Source: Schmidtea polychroa (lineage: Eukaryota). From it: 64,000 nucleotides of DNA. Location of the stretch: NCBI GenBank assembly GCA_044892525.1, contig CM097886.1:66464001-66528000 (forward strand), written 5' to 3'. The notes under the pieces were generated by a model, which had not been told where the DNA came from, made no database searches, and saw nothing but the letters and a program-made list of their open reading frames with translations. The position numbers and the translations under genes were made by a program. Shown piece by piece: positions 11,401 through 21,000 of the stretch; the first letter of the stretch is position 1, and the number at the start of each line of letters is the position of its first letter.

Positions 11401-12007
11401 CGTGGAAACAGACATTGGTGAGATAGAAAGCGAATCAGAAGAAGAGGAAGATGAACCTCCAAAATACGAAGAGGACGAAATAGAATCGACATCGGACGAC
11501 GAAAGCGAAACGGATGTTACATCAGAAAGTGAAACGGAAACCAGACATATTCATGCGATGAGAAAGAAAGAACGCGAATATGCCGATATGGACAGCGAAG
11601 AAGCGATGGAAGCTCGAGAACGAGAAGAGAAGGAAAGATATAAACAATTAGGTGATATCTTAGCAACGGGAACAAAAAATCAAAAACGTCAAGTAATAGC
11701 ATTGGCTAACATCATCCTAAAGACATCAGAGAATATCCACAATCTAAGAGAAATGGCGAAAGCGATTGAGGAATACAGACAATATAACGAATGGTACCCA
11801 GAACAGCTAGAACAAATTATTAGGAAATGGAGAAACCAAGAATGGGCACAAGATACCCAGGAAAGGTATCGTATCCGAGTCAAGTATCCCGACAAAAGCA
11901 TTGAGGATACAGAAGTACATCCAACAACAAAGATCAGAGAGTTAAAAAAAGAAATTAGCATACGAAACTCCATTTCACCTACAACTATTCGGAAAATCGT
12001 TGGATGA
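8402..12007 (+). CDS. gag: Gag (Ty3-type capsid, three CCHC zinc knuckles) with a long extension containing ubiquitin-like domains; N-terminal part of a probable single polyprotein
   Basis: Capsid motifs (FNGNANKLATFITNFE..., KQRANESITLYASELRRL, YFIEGL); CX2CX4HX4C knuckles at 9152-9304; UBL-like segments at ~10400-10620, ~10919-11170 and 11864 onward. Confidence 0.93.
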   Translation: MNVAKTDEYKEKFRGEPFNGNANKLATFITNFEVYIDVCGWTSEAISKRMPLFLCDSALEVYLEAKERNTKLDNWENIKTFLRKTFGASKPINQALGELASRKQRANESITLYASELRRLAKKAMNGNLPEENLIGYFIEGLRREEVRASVGCQMCKTLEEAIDWATRCELHLPAQMNVMQEEGRIATAAVKTENGDNNNHEPKMNQFIPGAHQIFKPPQGRSNGNNSERNNSNNGNNFNNRRNMNDNKQCRTCGKPGHWDRDCYRNANCNRCGRRGHTENICQSRGCFNCGQPGHISRDCRERSQQQRPPQRNNNYAPNPQRQSNPSEGKQMNVMQEISQMKQMMQQMMRPRQEQVPQPTQNIRMMRSTENLNNYEVQQHAQEWQRLQAEEERIKRERIQQRQEQPLRINMMRMVKEIKEQYCYNYGKNPRVVPMSEPEKPKETIPAAKKENSTTSLKGNQRIQKIFWKKIKDKIERENEQTKTEAEAENNENGKQINHLKHNMIRELDSEELTILENKKLKKVPRMRNLRINMMRTTKKVLSTDDDEDYVSSLGGEMLQLNENIDQLREKIGADEDERESDVTSESEDENIEMKLRKEREEAIKQVKEILPVVVRNQEFIDLIPYKRFLQKIMKLERNEKDLIPNEEKAIIKKYMEKMKQAETTRYVIKIGTSKGLERIWIKSTVTDDLFDWIREHLGSSRKKEYLYQYQGEQIKPDMHLIDALIWPGETQILKLYKERQPANIHEWAKDAKAEYDFNLKLKLDQIKQCTLRRNLDKLIKQIQEQVEDNWDLLIARRTPDMHELMSRLRDTELLRMSDWRTINLIHKYGRLKETQPQKLEITIWLPNEEKRRIKMSNQSTVDDLVTKINQEITEKVRSESSDGMIDDVVMMYDKIILRAEDDTSLSEMGMWDNHQIIRILPMDEFRTRDITYQKEIRDRMKTLYQKSVEIIEIHQQWLKEKELQGKIKKLSVRSCRRTPWERTWNAENKEWEIRKGIFVETDIGEIESESEEEEDEPPKYEEDEIESTSDDESETDVTSESETETRHIHAMRKKEREYADMDSEEAMEAREREEKERYKQLGDILATGTKNQKRQVIALANIILKTSENIHNLREMAKAIEEYRQYNEWYPEQLEQIIRKWRNQEWAQDTQERYRIRVKYPDKSIEDTEVHPTTKIRELKKEISIRNSISPTTIRKIVG

Positions 12008-15000
12008 TAATGCAGATGTCGGAATAACACCCATGAGATTGGGGGAGATCAATGTATTGACAATGGCAGAAACATTGGGAAAACCGATTAAAAGGAAGAG
12101 CAAATCCAGTAAACCTACGAAAGGTAGCTTGAGTACACCAAGCCCTAACAAAGTGGCAAGTAAAACGAATGAAACCGAGGAAATCGAGGAAATTATATTG
12201 GAAGACAGCGATGAAGGAGCTGGAGAAAGATCACCAATTCTGGTAAGATGGCCGACAGGAGCCGAAATATGGACAACAAGCCAACCGTCAACTAGCTATC
12301 AGCAGCCAAATAAGCTGAGTATCGAGGAGATTATCGATAATACAACAGAAACCGAAACCGACGAACAATTCCAACGACAGAAAGGACCAACGAAAGCAAC
12401 ACCAGAAGGTCAAACGGACAAAATAATAGACGAATGGAACGAATGGCTGAGAAACAACGATAGCTCATTGCCAAGAACGGATAACGAGAGAAACCCGAAT
12501 TATGAAAATACAAGGGAAGCCGGAACAATGATGGAAAAACGGGCAAAAGGGAGACCCAAGAAGCAAGGAGAAAAACCGGAATTTAAAACTAGAGAACAAC
12601 TGAAACAAGAACAAGGACAAGTCAGATTAGAGAAACTGGATAAAATAGTGTGGGATCTAAAAGAGGCCCAGCCAACTATCGAAAGAGGCGAAAAATGGAT
12701 ACGAGAGCTAGTAAAAGATATGCTAATAATAACGAACCCACAATTGCGACGGTTATGGCAACGAAAAGTAGCAAGCGTAGACGCCAGACAACTATGGAAT
12801 ACAATATCCGGAATAATTCCGAAATTAATCAAAGAGAAGACAAAAACCACTAAAACCGATTGGGAAGAGACAAGAAGAGTAATTGAACAATTAACTTTAA
12901 ACGCAAACGACGACGAACATCATTTAGTAGTATTAACGTATCTAATGTACAATTTGATGGGATTAGCAGCGAGGAAAATACCTAACAAACAATTCGCAAA
13001 TCATGTAGAAATGACCGTTACAATCATCGAAAATACAATCGAACCACATATTATCCGCGCCGGTGGGTGGAAAAGACTCATACAAGCGCCACGAAAAAAC
13101 GAGCAAGAGAGATCAATGCAAATTCGGTTGAAGAAATTACTAAACAAGCTAGAATGGGAATTGCCATTGAAAGACCCAGCCAGCAGAAAAGCGTCGATTA
13201 ATTCACTAATGATGACCATGATGATATGGATGCTCTGCACCAGTGGAGCCGCGGGATTTACTATTTACGACTGTGACAATTCGATAATAGGAGAAAGATA
13301 CTCCCTGAGAGATATAGAGGAATGTAGACAGGCGTCTCCGAATAAATTAGATATAGTAAAGAAGAAAGTCTCCTATCACGTATACCAAGAATCAGATTTC
13401 ATTAGAACGCAAGCTAGAGAATGCGTAGTATCGAAGAAAGTGTTGGCATATTACTGTGGACAATACTCATATTCAACCCTCATATTACCTGGATTAGATA
13501 AAGAAATAGTACCTATACAACGGGAAGACTGTAAAGAGCTTTTTAGAACCGGAGCGATGAGAATCAGGGATGGAGTAACAATACACGGACAAAGCGGAAT
13601 GATCAAGACAGAAAGTATCTATGTCGCCGGACGAGTAAAATCAACGGATGGATCATGTAACGGAGGCACATATACGATCAGAGGAGAGGTGATATCAGGA
13701 GTAGTAGTAATTGAGTCCTACACAGTGGAGTTGAAGGAATACGAAGCACAATTCGACGCAAACAACTATCAAATGAAAACCAACCCAGCATGCAGAGCTA
13801 CGGAAAACGTGTGTAGAACGGGGATTTCGACTATAATATATGAAGCTAACACCCAAAAATGCCGACTCCAATTGTTAAAAAGTGCTCTATTCAATGAAGT
13901 AAAAGGAGAAATTTACGAAAACGAGGATGACGATGAAGAGAATGGAAACGTAAGGATGCGAAATGGGAAACCAGTTCCGCCATCCCCCAAAGAAAAGAGA
14001 CTCACAACCCAAAAAACACCAACGGCATTAATTACCGATGATCCAGACATCGGCATGAGATTCATTAGAGAAAAAGAGACCACCAAATGTGACAGTATAG
14101 TATACCGGACGAACTACGCAGGTATCTACATGTCAAGGCAAGTAATAGACCGAGCAGTGGGAAAGGTAGCAACGGAGGACGTAAAATTGTACCTGTATGC
14201 CAATAATAAGATGGACTTCTTGTTCCACCGAGGACAAACGACAATGCAAAAAGTGTATTACGATCTTATACAAAATGACTGTTCATTGAATAAAGAGATA
14301 CTAAAAACAAAATTAGCCATCGCAATAACACACCCAGATAACACAATGCCATCACTCCCGTTACCGGATGGACATTTTGGTAGAATGGTGGGAGAGGTAA
14401 TGTATACATATGCATGTACCAAGACATTTGCGCGACTGCCAAGAAAGCCCACAATTCCACCAGGGAAATGCGCAAACGAGTTGGAAATTAGTTACAAAGG
14501 GCGAAACAGATTCGTTCAACCCGTCACTCGAATCATGAACCCAATTGGATTTTATCCGAACACCTTTAACTGTTCAAATGCATACGGACCGTTATATGAA
14601 AAACCCGATGGGAAATGGATAATGTTACCAGTAAAAACCGAAGTACAAGAGCCTAAAAAGTTTGGACTAATAGAACTCGCAACAGAACAAGATTTCAAAC
14701 CAATTGATGTGTCAAAAGCAGGTATGTACTCACCAGAGGATTTAGAAACGGCACGATTAAACGTATTATTCCCAGCAAGACGGGAATCCATTCTATCGAA
14801 TATGGTTACCATAACTGGGGGAACGAATTTCCAGTCAGGCCCCAATTACGAACTATTATTGTCACCTGATCATTTTCAACAAGCCACGTCAAACATGATG
14901 AAAGCAATGTGGGGAAGATTTCTAGTGTTCGGTCAAATGATGGCAGGAATATTGGGAATCATTCTTATTATCCAGATAGTTAGAGTAATATTGACTCAAA

Positions 15001-18000
15001 TGTTAGCGTGTTTTGATATCTATAAGAGAGAAAAGAAGGTAAATTGGAAATTGATAGTAGGCTTTCTACCATTTTTGGCAAAAACAATGGTGTTGCACGG
15101 TCATTCTAAAGACATACATAGAATAAAACGATTGATCAAAATACTGACAAAAATAAAAGGAACTGACGAGGAAGTCGGTAGACGATTTCGGAAAACAATG
15201 TATGATGAAGCAACAAGGACGCAACTGAAAAAGAACAAACCAAAATTCTTAGACAGATTTAGGAATCGATCAAACAGCAGCGATAGTGATGATGACGACA
15301 ACGGGAATGACAAATACCCATATCCAAGTAGAAACCCGAATGAAAAGCCAATAGAAACAGCACCATATTGGGAGAAAGAAAAAACAAATACCTGGATAGC
15401 CAACGGAAGTTATATACCACCAGATATCGTTGGACAACAAACAGCTTTGACCATGACACAAAATATGTATCCACAGTTACCAAGTCAACCAGGGATGAAC
15501 TATATGCCGACCCGAAGAACGAAAAGTGTAGACCAAGCGGACGACGTAAGAACGATAGCAGTGATGAGTTCACCAGGAGGTGCGGCAGTAACAGTCATGA
15601 TCCAAATCAACGGGAAAGAGACAAGCGCCATGATAGATACCGGAGCAAACGTATCAGCAATAGCAATAAACCAAATACCCAGTAAATGTTGGAAAGATAT
15701 CGAACAAACAACTATCCATATTATTGCATGCAGTAAAGAAACCGTCGACGTAGTAGGAAGATGGTGGACTACGTTACGATATCAGGATAACGAAATTGAA
15801 ACGTATCTAGCGGTGATACCCAAACTGAGTGAACCATGTATAATCGGAACGGATTTAATGCCGGAATTGTTTAAGGAAGTAGTAATCGATTTAACAACAA
15901 TGTGTCTAAAAGACAAAATGGGTAGAATATGCAAGATGAACGCAATAATTAGATGTCCGGAGAAAATAATTGTACCCGCAAAATCACAGATGATATGTCA
16001 AATAAAAGTGGATGCAGGAATGGAAGGAGAAGTCATTTTTGAGCCAAGCAAATCATTCGAAAAACGACGAGAATTACCATTAGCAAGAGAAATAATAACA
16101 ATAAATGAAGACGGGGAAATACCAATTAACATCACAAATTTCGAGGAAGAAGACAAGATCATATATGAAAATGAAAGATTGGGTAGATTGACACCCATGA
16201 TAGACATCGAATTACCAAAAATCATCAACGAAACAACGAAAGCTGACGAATTATGGATAATTGACAGCACCTTGCTAACGGAAAAAGAAAAGGAAAGACT
16301 TCAACAATTATTGATAGAATATAAAGATATATTCGCAATTTCGGATTTGGATTTGGGAGCATGCGATGTTACATTACACGCAATACCATTAATAGACGAA
16401 ACTCCAATCGCACTACGTCCATACAAACTAGCAGAGAAGCAAAAAGAGATAGCCGAAGCTGAAGTACAAAAAATGCTAGATGCACAAGTGATCGAACCAA
16501 GTTGTTCGCCATGGCAATTTCCAGTAGTCATGGTGAAGAAAAAAGACGGTACTCAGAGATTCTGTATCGATTATCGGAAATTAAATGCAGTAACAAAAAG
16601 AGACACATACCCGTTACCAGACATCAATGAGATGTTACTTATGTTACAGGGGGCCGCATATTTTACATCTTTAGATCTGAAAAGTGGATATTGGCAGATC
16701 AAAGTCAAGGAGGAAGACAAAGAGAAAACAGCATTCACATTGGGCCGAGATCTATACCAATTCAGGAAAATGCCGTTCGGACTGACCAATGCCCCAGCAT
16801 CATTCCAGAGATGTATGAATTTTGTCACACACGGGATCAAGCAGTGTATGGTATATATTGATGATTTATTAATATATTCAGCAACTTTCGAACAACATTT
16901 GGAAGATATCAGAAACGTGTTCGTTCGATTACGACAATGGAAACTGAAACTTAAACCATCCAAATGTGATTGGGCAAAAGAAAAGGTTACGTTCTTAGGA
17001 CACATAGTGTCAGCAAAAGGCAAAGAACCAGATCCAAGAAACATAGAAAAAATAAAAACATGTCCAGCACCAAAAACTGTCACCCAAGTTCAAGAATTTC
17101 TCGGATTATGCGGATATTATCGAAAATTCATCAAAAACTATGCAGGTATTGCGAAACCAATACAGGAATTAGTGAAAAAGGATATTTCATTTATTTGGAG
17201 TGCAGAACAACAAAAAGCGTTTGAGACATTGCGCGATAAATTAATCGAAGCCCCAATACTAGTACATCCTGATTTCAAGAAACCGTTCTTATTAGCAACA
17301 GATGCAAGTGGATATGCAGCCGGAGCAATATTGGGACAACTCGACGAAGAAGGAAAAGAAAGAGTGATTGGATACTACAGTAGAACGTTTAAAAAGCACG
17401 AGAAAAACTATTCCGTAACCGAGAGAGAAGCGTTAGCAATCATACAAGCAATTAAACATTTTCGATATTTGTTATGGGGACACGAAATATGTATCACCAC
17501 GGATCATCAACCATTAGTATGGCTTGGTCAACACAAAGAAGCTTCAAGTAGATTGATGCGATGGGCAATGCAGTTACAAGAATATTCACCGTTCATAAAA
17601 TTCAAAGCGGGAAGAGCGAATGCCAATGCGGATTGTATGTCCAGATTTATCTTTCCAGATTTAGTAGATCACGAAATGCAACGAATATGTTTGATTGTAG
17701 CAGAAGATTTAGATTTTTGCCAATTACGGAAAGACCAACAAGAGGATACAGAGTTGAAGCAAATCATTGAATATGTGAAAACAGGGAAAGCAGAGGTATA
17801 TGAGAAAGATCAAAAATTGAAGGAGCATATGGATAAACATCGACATCGATATATTATCGAGAAAGATTGGTTATTGATAATGGATGGCGAAAAAAGACTG
17901 ATGTGCATTCCCGAGAATAGACGTAAAGATCTACTAACACAATACCATGACGGAAGACTCGGAGGACATATGTCATCTAAAAAGACGTTGGCACGAATGA

Positions 18001-21000
18001 AACAAAAATATTTTTGGCCTACATTGACCGAGGATGTAACGGAATGGGTGAAAAATTGCATAACTTGCGCAACCAGAAAAAACACGGGAACAAAATGGAA
18101 GGCACCATTAAAGCCAATGCCAGTGCCAGCAGAACCAATGACAATGATATCAATGGACGTAGTCGGTCCACTACCAGAATCAGATAGAGGAAATATATAT
18201 ATATTGGTAATCACAGATTATTTGACAAAATTCCCCGAAGCATTCGCAATGGCAGATCAGAAAGCAAGAACAATCGCAAAAATATTAGTAGAGGAAATAT
18301 GTTGTCGATATGGAACGCCGAAACAAATACTGACGGATCAAGGAACGAATTTCATGAGCGAAATAATGAGCGAAGTCACCAACTACTTCAAGATCGCAAA
18401 ATTAAGAACATCACCGTACCATCCACAAACTAATGGTATGACAGAAAGATTCAATGGAACACTGATTCAAATGTTATCAAATTATGTCGATCGTCATCAA
18501 CGAGACTGGGATGAATATATAAAATTATGTCTAATGGCTTACAGAATGTCGATTCACGCGTCCACAAAGATGAGTCCGTTCAAGTTGATGTACGGCAGAG
18601 AATGCAATATGCCAATGGATTTAGAATATCAGCCACCGATATCACAATACATGGAAATAGACGATTATGTAACCAAGTTCAAGGAAAGAATGCAGGAAAT
18701 CTGGGAAACCGCAGGATTGAATATAAAATTTTATCAAGAAAGTTACAAAGAGTTACATGATAGAAAGAAAAACGTCAAACAGCATACGTTTCAAACAGGC
18801 GATTGGGTGATGATTGAAACACCAGAATTAATTCCAGGAACCACCAAAAAATTACAACGAAACGGTAAAGGGCCGTATGAGATTCTATTCGTTGGAGAAA
18901 CTAATGTAAGAGTACGATTAGTGAACAACCCTTTTACAAGACCAATATACGTAAATGTTGCACGATGTAAGCCAATTCCGAAAACCGCCACCAGTCAGCC
19001 AGAAGGACGTACACTAACGACAAGATCACAAACGTATAGAATAAACATGTTACAGCAAATAAACGAACCAACAGGTAATCGATTAGGGTTACAACCATCA
19101 GAAGCCGAGGAAATCATAAAGGAAGTAAAAGTTAAAATGCCCGGATGGGCAGAAGACAGATTAGATTTTGAGATATTGGGAGGTCTGCTAACAATGATCG
19201 AAAATTATGCAAACCGAGAAAGAACACACCCATTGCTCAGGGTAGTTAAAAGTCAATGGCCTATATTATTCACGATCACAGACCATTACGGAGACACACC
19301 CCTGCACAAGCTTTTAAAGGTGGGTAGTAACGAACAGATATTAGAAACAATTGAAGCATTTCGCGATTGTAACATTTCGACAGATCAAGAAAACAACCAA
19401 GGTTACACTCCACTAATGATAGCAGCCAATCGGGATAAAGCTAAAGATATTATCATCGCATTACTTGAAACTGGGTCAAAGATAACCACACAAGACCACA
19501 ACCAGAAAAATGCACTACATCATGCAATCGAAGGGAAAAGTACGGAAGCCTTCATAATCTTAGTAGATCTATTATCATATGAGGATAATAGAGAGATAGG
19601 AAACATGTATGACGGGCTATTAACTGCAATCAAAGAGAAATTAATAACAATTACTGGAATACTAATTGCATGGAGGAACCCGATCAAAAACGATTATATG
19701 GTAGATATAAACGAAACATTTACCAAAGGAGAAAATACCTTGATGAGAGAAGCGATGAGAGGACATCACCTATTCGAAATTCCAAATCAACTACTACAAC
19801 GTGGCATAAAGTTCTCAAATCACAAAGACGAACAACTAATCAGAAAACGAATTATCAACTTCGAAAAAGCTATATCTCAATTTACCGATAAAGTACAAGT
19901 AAAATTTTGGGAAACCGTGAGTGTATTATATATGATGGAAAATATGAACAACATTCGAGAAACTTACCTAAGCATTATTCAAGTTCTAACGGCAGAGGAA
20001 CGCATTAACAATTCGAACAAGAAAAAGATAAAAAGGAAGAAAGTAAAAGCAAGAGAGTCTGAGGAACAAGTCGATCAACCAATAACCGATATAGCAACAA
20101 CAAGTAAACCAAAGACAATAAACTCCGACCAAGAGATAGTAGTACGTAAGGCTAAAGAAGTATTCTTTGAAGAAATGCAAGATCTATCCGATGAAGCGAT
20201 ACTAGCAAAAATAACCAAAACAGTACACACCTACGCAAGAGATCAGACCACAAATCTAGACATAGGAAAAATAAAAACATTTATACCACTAGCATTCACC
20301 TTACCAACAAAAGACTCAAGAACACCATTACAACAAGCCATTTTAGCAGCAAAAGAAAACAGAGCAATAACCATCATAAGAATCCTTAGAGACTTCGGAG
20401 AAGAATCTAATGCAAAAAATGAACAAGGAGAAACAGCAATGATGTATGCAGCCATAACAAATATACACCCGAAAACATTACATATACTACATCGATCGGG
20501 ATCAAGACTTGACGAAATATCAAACGAAGGAAATTCTGCCATGGATTGGGCAACAATACAACCAAACTTGGAAATGATTAGATTCATTTGTAAAAATGCT
20601 ACAAGAACTGAGGTAGAAAATATCTGTAAAAACACGTCACAGTTCCAATGGAACACGATACGGATGAACTTAGAAGCCATGAAGTTGCTGCTAACATGGA
20701 GAATACCACAAAGCAATAAATATGCAATAAATATAAATGAGTTCTACGAAAACGGAGAAAATGCTATGGTTAAAAATACACTAACAAAAGGAGGAACTCC
20801 GAAAATCATAATGATCGTATTAAACAGGGAAGATCTCAAATTCACGCAGAATCTAAACGAACAAAAGCGAATCGGGAAACATCGTCGGATACAATTAAGA
20901 GAATTAGTGAAAGAATGGAATAGAAAGAGACATGTAGCAACAGGCAGAAAGGAGTTCGAACTCGAAGCAAAATTAGCAAGAAACAGAGTGCTAACGGCAT

